Below, piece by piece: positions 12,432 through 24,113 of a stretch of 64,000 nt of DNA. The DNA is taken from positions 620,001 to 684,000 of the forward strand of contig JBHGNT010000021.1 of assembly GCA_043228905.1 (NCBI GenBank), written 5' to 3'. Positions within the stretch are counted from its first letter, which is position 1. Every line of letters starts with the position of its first letter. The notes under the pieces were generated by a model, which saw only the letters and a program-made list of their open reading frames with translations, ran no database searches and was not told the origin of the DNA. The stretch is from Azolla caroliniana. Its lineage: Eukaryota; Plantae; Polypodiophyta. The position numbers were made by a program, and so were the translations under genes.

Positions 12432-13652
12432 TCAGAAATAGATAGGTTTGCATTGATTCATGGTGACTTCTGTTGGGCAATAAGGGCACTTAAAAGATCG
12501 ATTCTTTGCCAGCTTCTGGAGTGTTTGCTTACAAAGAACATGACAACAGGGCATGAGCATCGGAGGGTTCTCAGCCGAGCTTTGATCTTTCGATACTGGA
12601 CAAGCAAATATTGAATGAAATTGGAACTCTTTGTCCAATTCGATTTCAATGGGCAACTGTTTTAACTGCTGCCATTCTTGCTTCTTGCTGGCCGACAAGA
12701 TTGTGGTCATCTTAAGAAGAGTTGGCAGAGCATAGGCACCTGCCAATAGGGTCACCTTGAGTGGGCTTTCATACGCTTCTCCAAGAAGAGAACAACATTC
12801 TCGGGTAAATTTCTTTCCAATTTCATCCCACATATCTGAATAGGGGCAGAACATTTCTGAATATGGACAGCTCTCAAGCCTACCCGTCCATAAGAGGCAG
12901 CACATCAGCCTTTGGATATCAGCCATGTGGCGTGATGAGAACCTTCCAAATTTCTCCCTTGCATAATTCAATGCTTCAGGTCGGAATCCTTTGTGCAAAA
13001 GTTGCAAGAATTGGAGGCGATGTAGATCGAATTCGAAGAAAGATCCCTTTTGGATAAGAAATTCCCGATTTGATTCAGCCCAACTGAGTGCGAGATCTAG
13101 ATTCCGTCCCCGAATTCCCTCAAGAATCTTATACATTTCGAAGAAAGGTGCTTTCAATGATCCATTGACACCATTACCATTATCACTATCACTATCAGTA
13201 TGAGAAGACTCCAATAAATATTCGTTCACCAAGGAATCACCTAGATCGAACAAACCTTGTCTGTAGAAATGGCGGGCTATTATCTCACAGATCTTTCTCT
13301 CTGACCAATCAACATCCCGGCAAGCTTTTGCCATATCTGTGCAGAAGGACTTATCAAGAAGCTTTCCATATTTGCCAAGGGAGAGGTGTAGGTCCTTCTG
13401 AAACGATCCAATCTCGAGTAATGAAGAGTTCTGATCTGTGATCTTTGCATGGAGTTCTTGTAGAACCGGTTTGATATTAGGGTTTAGTTCGGATCTGGAG
13501 GTTCCATGGTTCTCTGTGAGGTGTGCGAGCTTCTGTATGGAGCTTTCGAGTTCAGCTATGGCGGTATCCACAGCTTGGAGTGTCTTTGATTCAGCGGTTT
13601 TCTGTTTTTTCGAGACTCTATCGAAAGCTTCTTTGATAGACGCGAGGTCCAT
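12432..13652 (-). CDS. RMND5: RMND5/GID2 (RMD5)-like CTLH-complex E3 ubiquitin ligase subunit, 406 aa, intronless CDS
   Basis: Starts MDLASIKEAFDRVSKKQK. Has LisH (IIARHFYRQGLFDLGDSL), CTLH (FFEMYKILEGIRGRNLDLALSWAE), CRA and a C-terminal Gid-type RING (FHSIFACPVSKDQSSAENPPMLMPCCHVLC...FKCPYCP). The first 77 codons of the listed ORF are CT-repeat UTR/intron sequence. Confidence 0.95.
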   Translation of the reverse strand: MDLASIKEAFDRVSKKQKTAESKTLQAVDTAIAELESSIQKLAHLTENHGTSRSELNPNIKPVLQELHAKITDQNSSLLEIGSFQKDLHLSLGKYGKLLDKSFCTDMAKACRDVDWSERKICEIIARHFYRQGLFDLGDSLVNEYLLESSHTDSDSDNGNGVNGSLKAPFFEMYKILEGIRGRNLDLALSWAESNREFLIQKGSFFEFDLHRLQFLQLLHKGFRPEALNYAREKFGRFSSRHMADIQRLMCCLLWTGRLESCPYSEMFCPYSDMWDEIGKKFTRECCSLLGEAYESPLKVTLLAGAYALPTLLKMTTILSASKKQEWQQLKQLPIEIELDKEFQFHSIFACPVSKDQSSAENPPMLMPCCHVLCKQTLQKLAKNRSFKCPYCPTEVTMNQCKPIYF

Positions 13653-13658
13653 CTCTCG

Positions 13659-13714
<56 letters not shown>

Positions 13715-14254
13715 AGAGGGCAAGAAAGAAAAAAGACAGAAAGAAAGAGAAGAGAAGAGAAGAGGGGTAAAAGAAAACACAGAGATGTTTTTTAGGGTTT
13801 AATGGTGATAGGAAGGGAAGGAGAAAGTGAAAACCAGAAGAGGAGAACGCAGAAAGACGAAGCGTGTGGATTCGAAGGCGCAATACATCGGAGGAGGAGG
13901 AGAAGGAATGGAAGGGGAGAGTGGAGGTTTACCTGATTAGGAAAGGCGAGGAATGGCCATGGCCATGGCCCTGCTTTTCTCTGAGTGGCGCCCTTGCCTT
14001 GCCTTGCCTTCGATCTCTCTGTGTGAATTACATGAATCTCTCTGTCTCGATCAATCTCTCTCGCGATCTCTTTCTCTGTCTCTGTCTCTGTCTCTGTCTC
14101 TGTTTCTCTGTCTCTCTGTGTATGTATGTGTATGTTTTCTTCCTATTTTTGTTCACACGGTTCATTGAAAGAGAGAGTTTGGATATACATACATATGTAT
14201 GTATGTACATATTTGCAACATATGCACATACATGTATATATGTATGTATGCATG

Positions 14255-14735
14255 CATATAATGTATGTATGCACGCATGTAATGAGTGTATGTATGTATG
14301 TATGTATAGGCTATGAATGAAGGAATGTATGTGTGTATGTATGTACATATGTATAGGCTATGAATGAAGGAATGTATGTGTGTATGTATGTATGTATGTA
14401 TGTATGCACGCATGTAATGTGTGTATGTATGTATGTATAGGCTATGAATGAAGGAATATATGTGTGTATGTATGTATGTATGTATGTATGCACGCATGTA
14501 ATGTGTGTATGTATGTATGTATAGGCTATGAATGAAGGAATATATGTGTGTATGTATGTATGCACGCATGTAATGTGTGTATGTATTTATGTATAGGCTA
14601 TGAATGAAGGAATATATGTGTGTATGTATGTATGCACGCATGTAATGTGTGTATGTATGTATGTATAGGCTATGAATGAAGGAATGTATGTGTGTGTGTA
14701 TGTATGTATGTATAGGCTATGAATGAAGGAAGGAA
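14255..14735. repeat. Minisatellite (~35-70-bp units containing GTATAGGCTATGAATGAAGGAA in a TATG background), ~7 copies
   Basis: The core ATAGGCTATGAATGAAGGAA is repeated at ~14306, 14354, 14437, 14521, 14593, 14665, 14712. Confidence 0.9.
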
Positions 14736-14799
14736 GAGATTGATCATGGTATGGTATGTATAGGGTATAGACAACATCCAAGAAAGGTTTCTCGCTTTC

Positions 14800-15950
14800 G
14801 CACATCATTGGGCCCTGCATGAGCATCTTCCAACGATGCTCTTGGCTTTCACTCGAATGTGTGAGAGAGAACCAAGAACCGTGCAAAACGAAAAACATTC
14901 ATGAGAGCGTTTGCTCTCATTCGCCTCCATCGGTTTCTTTATCACGTACACTTGTATGTGCCATCGCGTAGACTCTTACACTTTTTGTTATCGTAAATGA
15001 TGCTTTTTTGGGGTCGAGAGAATTGTTGTAAATGATGTCCCATGAATTTGTTGGACATTGGTATGAACATTGTCAAAGGTCATCGCTCGCTAACTAGGTG
15101 CAGACCTATCGTGTATTTCGATGATGATGAGATGGAGAAAGGATGGGTGCACATGCACAAGTGGATTCAATGTTTGAAGTAACACATCCTCAATGATGGG
15201 TTGAAAACAATACCAACAATTGATTTAAAAATGGTTTATGTTACGTTTGAGATGATTCTCTTCCTCCAAAATTTGTGGCTACTTTATGCCTGTCTGATTT
15301 CATGAAGTGAAGGGTCGAAAACCTCAATGCAGTCTGCATAGAATATATGTTTCCAATTTCAATTCTTCCAAGACCCCCCCCCCCGGGTTGAAGGCCAAAA
15401 TGTTGGTGGAAATGAAAAACCAATCCCTTTACTTGGAAGATCAATTGCCATCTTCTCTCTTCTCTTGTTTGGATCGATGCGAGTTTGATTCAAATGCCAC
15501 ATTTTTCCTTGTCGTATACTTGTTCTCGTCTCTTGCTTTCGAGGCTCAAGTGCACACAGACACATCTTTCTACGAGTGATGACATATTTTTGCAACACAA
15601 TTGGCTTTATCAACCAAGAAGCTTGGATATGGACACAAATGGAGTTGGCCCTCTCCTTTTTATTGCCGAGAGCATTTCATCTTTCCACCACCTCATATAC
15701 CATTTTGTATTGATATAAACTGAACGACCCCTACCAATATCTTCCTTCGACATTGCCATTGAAGTTATATATTGATGATGAGATTGTCATTTCTACTCCA
15801 ACATCAAAATCTTCGAAGCAGATAACCACACACCCTTCCTTTGCTTGTAGAGCTTCATTGAAGTATGTATTTGTTTCGTTTGGCAGAAACATGCATACGC
15901 TTCTTGGCAACTTTAGCAATTTAAAACCAAGAGAGAGGAATTAAAAGAAG
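14800..15950 (-). mobile_element. Possible heavily decayed DNA-transposon (hAT-like) transposase remnant
   Basis: Broken minus-strand frames give patches such as 'NSWDIIYNN..KK' that recall the hAT C-terminal dimerisation motif. There is no intact ORF and no TIR or TSD was identified. Confidence 0.25.
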
Positions 15951-16078
15951 CCCGACATGTGTTTATTTATTTATTTATTTATCAGGAGGAGAGAGGGCAA
16001 AAGCACACGGGGAGCAAGAGTGTCCATCTGGGCTCTCCTCTCGGTGAGTCCGGCGAACAGGAAAGGCGTCCCAAGGAG

Positions 16079-16282
16079 CATCCCGACTTGACTTGACCCG
16101 ACCCGTGTGGTCTCGTACCATCTTGTCTGACCGAGAAAAACACGACGACATTCCGACTTGACTTGACATGACCCGTGTGGTCCCGTACCATCTTGTCCGG
16201 CTGAGAAAAACACACGACGACATTCCGACTTGACTTGACCCGACCCGACTCGTCCGGCCGAGAAAAACGGGACACATTCCGT
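16079..16282. repeat. GC-rich tandem repeat, ~70-bp unit x ~3
   Basis: CCGACTTGACTTGAC starts at 16083, 16153 and 16225, each followed by ACCCG..., GAGAAAAAC and ACATTCC. Confidence 0.9.
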
Positions 16283-16470
16283 CTCGGGTTTGACCTCCGA
16301 AGACGATAATATAATCTATCAAATCTCTCATATATGTATCATCATATCTCTTTTAACTAATTTCCTCTTCCTTATCAAGTTTCTTCCTCCCTTCCTTTTC
16401 TCCCTTTTTGTCTACAACTACTATGGACTTACATACTTGGCAGTGGCTGCTAAACTAAAGGAAGCCTATA

Positions 16471-19427
16471 ATGGCTGCTAGCCTATTGTCCTGCTCCTTC
16501 TTTCTCTGCCTCCTCCTTGCCTTTGCGCCATTTCCATCTCCATCGCTAATTCAAGCTCAGACGGTGAACAGACCAGATCTTTCTCCCTCTTGGACCACTC
16601 TTCGCTCCCTCTTCACCTCCCTTCTTCATCGGATTCTCAACCTTCGCCTCTCAAGAGGCGATGCCCCAGGTAAGCAAACCAAGAATAAAACCCTAATTTC
16701 TCCTTTATACTATATCTTGACTCTTCTTATCTTAGCGTTTTCACATACCCTAACCCCCTTATTCTTTGAATCCCCGACCTTTCTGTAATGTTTTATAGCT
16801 AAGGCTAATCATTTTTTTTATAATCCGTTACCCTCCAAAATTTCTTTAACAGTAAAGTTTTGTTATTGTTGTTGTATCTAACTATGCACTTCTGCAAACC
16901 CGAAACCTAACTCTGAGATCCTCACCTTTTTTGTTTTGTTCTCCAATCATAACCCTTCTTTTCTTGAAGGATTTTGACTAGCCTTTATTAATAATCATGA
17001 AACCTTCTTTCTTCGTCTCTAACTTCCAACTCTAAAATGTATAAGAGTAGCTGAACCTGATCCATCTTCTAAAGGGAAACAGGGTGTGGACAGCACCCCT
17101 ACATAACATGTTCTTTTAATGTAGTACCCTTTTTATGATCCATAACCCTAACTCTTTCTCTTAACCTTCAGGTGCTGAGAGAATCTCACAGATCTTATCG
17201 ACTTTTGATAGTAGCCTTTTGTTCTGGAAAAAAGCGGGTTCCCTCGGATGGGATTACCTCATCCACTACTATTGGAGACGTGTTGATCCAACCCAGATCA
17301 TGGGTATATTGAAAGGGATCACTGAAATTCAATCGTTTGTAGCTGAGCTCTCACAGTTATCATCAGCGAACGATCGATTGAATTGGATTTCTTTGAACTA
17401 TGGGAGGATCTTGCGGCTCTCCAAGGACACACTTAGGCACCTCTTGAGTCTACTCGATCAACCTGTAAGATGTTGATGTGATGATTATGCTCCGTTAATC
17501 TGTGTATAACCTATTTTTGATGTTTTCTTATGAGTGCACTAACAACTTTGTTAGGGTTATGTGATAGATGATCTCACATACTTTTGTAGTACATATTGTA
17601 TAGAAGATTGTACATGCTTCATAGGATCATACTATATAGAGGATTTTGCATTTTCTCAGAGTATTTTAATGACTTTGTCAGGGCCAAGCTGTAATATTTC
17701 ACATTGGTATTAGTGTTTTGTCAGCTTTGCAGCATGGATGATATACTATAGGAGATTTTACGTTGTCATTTGAGAGTCTTAAGGAATTTGCTTGTTTATG
17801 CTGTGGAAGTGTATCCATTGTTATTCGAGTTCTAATGACATTGGTAGCATTTTGTTTATAGAAGGTTTTACCATTGTCGTTGAGAATTTCAGGAACTTTG
17901 TTAGGAGTATGTTTCAAAGATTTTATTTTGTGAATAGAGAAAATTAGGATTATGCTATAGAATTTTTTACACTGGTATTAGAGACGTCCTACAGAATTAT
18001 GGCAGAGAAGATTTTAAATATTATCTAAGAGATGAATGACTTTATGCTGTGAAGTGTGTGCATTGTTATTCGAGTTCTAAGGACATCAGTAGGATTTTAG
18101 TATAGAAGGTTTCACATTCTCATCAAGAGTTTCAGGAACTTTGTTAGGAGTATGTTACAAAGATTTTACTTTGTGAATAGACAAAATTAGAATTATGCTG
18201 TAAATGTTTTTACACTGGTATTAGAGACCTTCAACGGAATTATGGCAGAGAAGATTTTGAATGTTATCTAAGAGGTTAATGACTTCATTGTGCTTATTCT
18301 ATAGAATAGTTCTGTCAGTAGAAAGTTTCATTAGCTTTATTAGGATTGATAGGGTTATGCTACAGAAGAAGTGTACATAATTTGTAATCATGTTAGCATA
18401 GGCTGTACAAGATTTTACATTTTATGTATTAGGAGAGTTTTTTGTGTCCATTGTTAGTTTTATACTACAGAGAATTTTACATTACATCAGATTCATAATG
18501 GACTTTGCTAGAGTTTACTATAGAAGACTTTACATTATTACTAGAGAATCTTCATAAGTTTTTTAGGACTAAATTATGAATGCTGTTACGAGTCCTTTTT
18601 TTCTTGTATGATTGAACATGGCTTGTGGATTGTTGGGCTTACTATCATTTGTTGTCCTTACGGCCAAACGTACTATCATTTTATGTATTAGGAGAGTTTT
18701 TTGTGTCCATTGTTAGTTTTATACTACAGAGAATTTTACATTACATCAGATTCATAATGGACTTTGCTAGAGTTTACTATAGAAGACTTTACATTATTAC
18801 TAGAGAATCTTCATAAGTTTTTTAGGACTAAATTATGAATGCTGTTACGAGTCCTTTTTTTCTTGTATGATTGAACATGGCTTGTGGATTGTTGGGCTTA
18901 CTATCATTTGTTGTCCTTACGACCAAACGTACTATCATTTTATGTATTAGGAGAGTTTTTTGTGTCCATTGTTAGTTTTATACTACAGAGAATTTTACAT
19001 TACATCAGATTCATAATGGACTTTGCTAGAGTTTACTATAGAAGACTTTACATTATTACTAGAGAATCTTCATAAGTTTTTTAGGACTAAATTATGAATG
19101 CTGTTACGAGTCCTTTTTTTCTTGTATGATTGAACATGGCTTGTGGATTGTTGGGCTTACTATCATTCGTTTTCCTTACAACCAAACTTATGAAACGTTT
19201 TTGATGCTCAAAGGGTTATTCCCCATTTAATCTTTAGTTATTTGAATTTCCAGGGAGCGCTTCGGAATTTTATTCTCTCCCTGCAAACCGAAATAGTCTC
19301 TGGGGATGTGTTACGAGATGCTTTAGAGCTTGGTGCAACTGACTTACATGGCATTTTCCAAGTGGCAAAGGAACTTCTTGGAAGATATTATAGAAGTTCC
19401 TATACCAACAATTCATCGGAGCTATAG
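16471..19427 (+). CDS. Uncharacterised plant protein with N-terminal signal peptide (~221 aa, 3 exons)
   Basis: Exons 16471-16669, 17172-17464 and 19254-19427 join in frame across GT-AG introns. Hydrophobic N-terminus MAASLLSCSFFLCLLLAFA; protein-like blocks RLSRGDAPGAERI, SLGWDYLIHYYW, GDVLRDALELGATDLHG. Confidence 0.8.
17797..18287. repeat. Diverged tandem duplication (~245-bp unit x2) in intron 2
   Basis: CATTGTTATTCGAGTTCTAA...TTCAGGAACTTTGTTAGGAGTATGTT...ACACTGGTATTAGAGAC...TTATCTAAGAG occurs twice. Confidence 0.8.
18418..19190. repeat. Near-identical 259-bp tandem triplication in intron 2
   Basis: Identical spurious 63-aa ORFs lie at 18625 and 18884 (period 259), and the unit recurs about 3 times. 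Confidence 0.95.
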
Positions 19428-21008
19428 GTGGCGTAAAGCACTGAAAAGAGGTTATCACGCGGGAATAAAAAAGAGCACACTTCAGTTTAATATATGGATG
19501 ATAGTTTTCTACAAGATACTTTGGGTCAGCTTTCATATACACCCCACTTTCTCTCTATCACTTTTTGAAAGTTGCCCATTATGTTATTCAGCAACATTTT
19601 TTCAATATGGGCGAAAATCCAAGGATGTACTTATTTACTCTTTCCAACAAACTCTTCAACGCCATAAAGAAAGAAATCTCTCTTTTCTTGAATACAAATG
19701 ACAAGACATATCTAGGAAATTTCAAGGTTCTTCAAGATTTTATTCTTTCTAACATACATGTGTACATTGTGTAGTTTGTTTATTTTGGGTGATAGCGTGA
19801 GAAAGAATGAGAGATGGTGTGATAATATTTGAATAACTAGGGTGAATAGCTATACGAAAATCCCTAGCACATATCTAGGCATGTTTCAAAAAGTTGTTAA
19901 AGATTCAAGGGTAAATAGTACTTCAAATCTCCATGAAACTTGAAGTGTAGGTTCAGAGTTGAAAGGAATCCCCTTGACAAATTCTGTAAAACTAGAAGGT
20001 TTTCATGGCATTTCATACATCATTCCATGTTTTCAAGATGTATTTTACATACACATCTTATTCGTGCATTTCTTGCATGTGTGTTTCTATGTGCAAGGGT
20101 TTTGGTGTGGCATGCATGGAGGTAGTTTATTGAATGAGCTTCAACTTAGCTTTCCTAGATTCTTGGTCAATTGACTTGTTTTGCGACAAAATGAGTTGTC
20201 TTCGTTGAGGAGAAAAAAGATCTAGCTTATTTTGATTCCCTTTTTCCGAGCTTGTCATGGAGAAAACCCCAAAAAAGCATGCTTGATGAAGATACACATG
20301 TATACTAACATACTGCCCCTTGTAGTTTTGAAAGTGGCAACATATTTTGTTTTTTGCCTTTTAAGGATCTAGGAAAACTCACCTAACAAAGCTAAGAAGA
20401 ACAGTTTTAATTTTCCTAACAAAGCTAAGAAGACCAAGTTTCAAGTTCTATTTTGTTAGGTGTCAATGCAAAAAATAAATTTGTATATGTCCTCATATGT
20501 GTAGTTGATATTACCCCTTTATATGAGGGTCTATATTTATATGGCCCTTAGGATACATATATGTTAAGTCACATTTGAAAAGTGACAACTTGACATATTG
20601 CATATTGAGGTTGCTTGTGCAATTCATGTAGTTTTGATCCATCTCTAAGAGTTTGTGAGTACAGTGTACAAAAGCCTCAAATTTTTGTCCATGGGGCCCA
20701 TGCAAATTTTAATTTAGAAGCAACTACATACCTATACCTATGAGTCTCTTCCTGATTTGAACATGAGTCAAGCATATTCAGATCCGTCGATGGGGCTACT
20801 GCTAGAGAGAGAGAAAGAGGGATCATAGTGTAAACGAAAGAGTAAGATTATTGAACAAGAATCTTGTTGAAGTAAGGAATGATATTCTAGTTCTTTTCTT
20901 AAACAACATGGCAAGAGAAGTAATGTTGAAGTTGTGGAAATAACAAGTAACTAACAAGATCCAATAAAATGAAAATTTCAAAGTTAAAAATTTTCTTAGG
21001 GTTGGTCA

Positions 21009-22300
21009 ATGGAAAGATTAAGGGGCCGGAGTGAAGAGATCAATGGCTTCAATGAGTCCATAATCCAAGGCCATTGGATCAAGGGGGCGGAGTTGTCAGT
21101 TGGGGTGGTGTTGATTGTGCTGGGCGTGACATGGCGAAGGGAGGCTGGATGGGCGATTTGCTTGGGTGATGTTGTAGATGTGACAACAATAGTAGGGGGG
21201 GTTGCATTGGTCATTGTGGCGTGTTTGGGCCTCATAGGCGCTCTTCTACGGCTGGACACAGTCTTATGGGCACATTTGGGATCCCTTCTATTGGCCCTCC
21301 TTTTCCTTCTCTCAATAATATTGTTCACACTTGAGGTCACTCGTGGCCATCCAAACCCTGACACCGCCCAACTCACCGACTTCCCCGATTGGTTCCAACA
21401 TCGGGTTCGTAGCCACAAACATTGGGATCCCATAATCTCTTCATGCTTCCTTCCTCCCCCTTCTTTATGCTCGTCATCTAACACCCCTTCCACATTCAAG
21501 GTCGGTGATCTCTTAGATGGAAAAATGAGTAACTTATAATAATAATGTATTGTTGGTGTATTAATCCATTGGTTGTGATGAATAGTCATTAAAAATGTCA
21601 CTACCCTCGTTGTTGTGTTAGAGATATAACCTCGTTGATAATATAGATATCTTTGATGTGTTAATGCATTTGCCATATAGCTTTGTTTTAATTATGACTT
21701 CCTATACTAGAAATAAGCCATGAAATGAAGCAAACATGCATGCATCATTGATCAATTATATATGATCAACAAGGACAATTCAACAGAAGACAAGCAATAG
21801 AAGTTGCTTGCAATTCTTCATGACAACCTTGTTGATCAATGTTATTTTCGAAGCATTAGTAACTAGATTATACATGTGCCATAATGCCAACATATTCCAT
21901 CGTCTAAATTCAATGATTATATAAGAAAACAACCACCTATCGCTTCTCATGTACAGAGAGAGGTAGATGATTTTGAAAGTGTTTATTCATTTTCCAGTCA
22001 GGTTGTTGTGAACCTCCATTATCTTGCAACTTTACACATGTGGACGACGACAATTGGATTCCATCAAATCAGACTACAACTACAACAATCCTAGATTGTG
22101 CGATTTGGAATAATGACCCATCAAAATTATGCTACTATTGTGATTCTTGTAAGGTTGTAACTATACAAATGACCTCGGAACGATGGAAAAAGTTTCGCAC
22201 ACTTTTGTTCCTCTCCATATGCATTATTCTCAGCTTGTATGCTTTTTGTGGATGTGCCCTCTTCAAACATGATGAACCACGAATCTATATTCATTCTTAG
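21009..22300 (+). CDS. TET: Tetraspanin family protein (divergent), ~264 aa, 2 exons
   Basis: Exons 21009-21500 and 21998-22300 (phase 0). Three N-terminal hydrophobic helices, a large loop with FPDWFQHRV..HWDPIISSC, SGCCEPPLSCNF, DCAIWNNDPSKLCYYCDSCK, and a fourth C-terminal TM. A single intron just before SGCC is typical of plant tetraspanins. Confidence 0.9.
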
Positions 22301-23369
22301 TTGTACAAATGCTCATTGCATTGGAAAGTTTCAACACATTTGGATGGATGTGCATTACATTATTATATGACAACCTATGAATTAATGTACATATAGTCAT
22401 TATAAACTTGTGAATAGGAGGCTTTGCAAAAAGGTTTATGACAAAATTTGGACGTGTTTCATCATTTAATCTCTTTGTACATCTACGAAATTTGCACAAA
22501 GAGTGGGGAATTTTATACATTACACACAAGTATAAGTATTTGCGAGACACTCTAGCCCTAGGATAATATCTAACACTGTCAATGTTTTGTAAGAATGAAT
22601 ATAATAACACTAGATCAAATTGGTCATTCTCAAGCTCAAAAGGGAACACTTTAATGAGCCAATATTGAAAAAAAATGTGAACATAATGAATCCGCCTCTT
22701 TGTGAAACCCATGAATTGCAAAATTTGGGCGCATTCACGATTTATTTTGTATTGAATTTACTACAAGATTTCCTATTGTGGATTACGATATCACCATGCC
22801 TAGGTTAGATAGGTCGAAACTAACCTTGACCATATTATCCAACACTAATGCTAGGGCCTATTATATCACGTAATGTTGTAGAAATTCTTCATATCTTTGG
22901 GCATCAGAAATTCGTAACGTTTGTAAATGTTAATGCTATGCTTTGAAGAGTTACAATACAAAAGTCAACATTTAAATCCACACATCAATGTCTGATGGCT
23001 AACAAACAGATTGATCATGTATTTGAGACAAGTGCAAGGAAGGGACGAATCCATGTTCCCACGTTGTAACAAGCAAACACGATCGTAGATCATGAATGCA
23101 AGAAGTTATATTGCTTGTTCGACATCAAATTTGAAAGAGTTAATTAGCAAGGAATAACCGAGGGAAACCACCATCATCAATATTGTCGAAAACATATCCA
23201 ATATGACCCTAAGAAGGCTCGTTACGATCAACACACACAATGACACTAGTAGGCTCCTCATGATCAAACACATGGACAAATGCGGGGCATTAAGGGACAT
23301 GCCAACATTAGTCCTTATCATCACGGCCATATTCTAGACCCATAGATTATAAGCACAATTCCGATACAT

Positions 23370-23416
<47 letters not shown>

Positions 23417-23700
23417 GGGATCTTGACTTAAAATTTCAGTCGGTCTAATGCGATACGATGAGATATGTATCGATCGGGAGCTAATTCCATGAAATTAAAT
23501 AGATCTTTAGTTTAAATTTACAAGATTGGCCCTCAAGAGGAGGGCGAGATATCGATGGGGGAGCCAATTGCATGAAATTAAATAGATTTTTTTAGCTTAT
23601 TTACAAGATTGGCCCTCAGGAGGAGGAGGAGGAGATGCTGGAGAGATGAATCTTTGTCTGAGAACAGATTCCATTCAACTCATGAATGAATGAGCCAGGC

Positions 23701-24068
23701 TCAGCTCTTTGTGTGTTGGAAGATCCGGAATCTGTCCTGCTGGATGATAGAATTCCTTTGAAGGATCTTCCTGTCGTCGTCGGATTCATCGGCTGAGTCC
23801 AGATCTGCATTCCTCGAATTAACCAGTGGTTCATAATTCTGAAATTCCATGTCGATTGCATTCATCACAACGCTGTTGATCACATCCGAGCTGAAATCGA
23901 AACTCTCCTCCTCCTGCTCATCACGAGAAGGGTTGCTATTGTTAACATCCAATGGCCACCCATTAGAAGCCTTCCATTGATGGTTCGATCGCGATGCCGA
24001 AGCAGTATGATGATGGGACCATGATCTATGGATCAACAAGCAATCAGGTTTTGCCTGTGCGGCCATAC

Positions 24069-24113
<45 letters not shown>

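Noticed and set aside
13653-13883. 77-aa N-terminal extension of the RMND5 ORF
   Set aside because: It is a low-complexity CT-rich tract, probably 5'-UTR intron (donor-like CAG|GTAAAC near 13932). The recognisable protein starts at MDLASIK.
14255-14735. Regularly spaced repeats resembling a CRISPR array (also 16079-16282 and 31425-31700)
   Set aside because: The context is eukaryotic, the 'spacers' are themselves repetitive, and there are no cas genes. These are minisatellites.
18625-19075. Two identical 63-aa ORFs
   Set aside because: They are a by-product of the intronic 259-bp tandem repeat and have non-ATG starts.
20996-21676. 226-aa minus-strand ORF
   Set aside because: It is the antisense shadow of tetraspanin exon 1.
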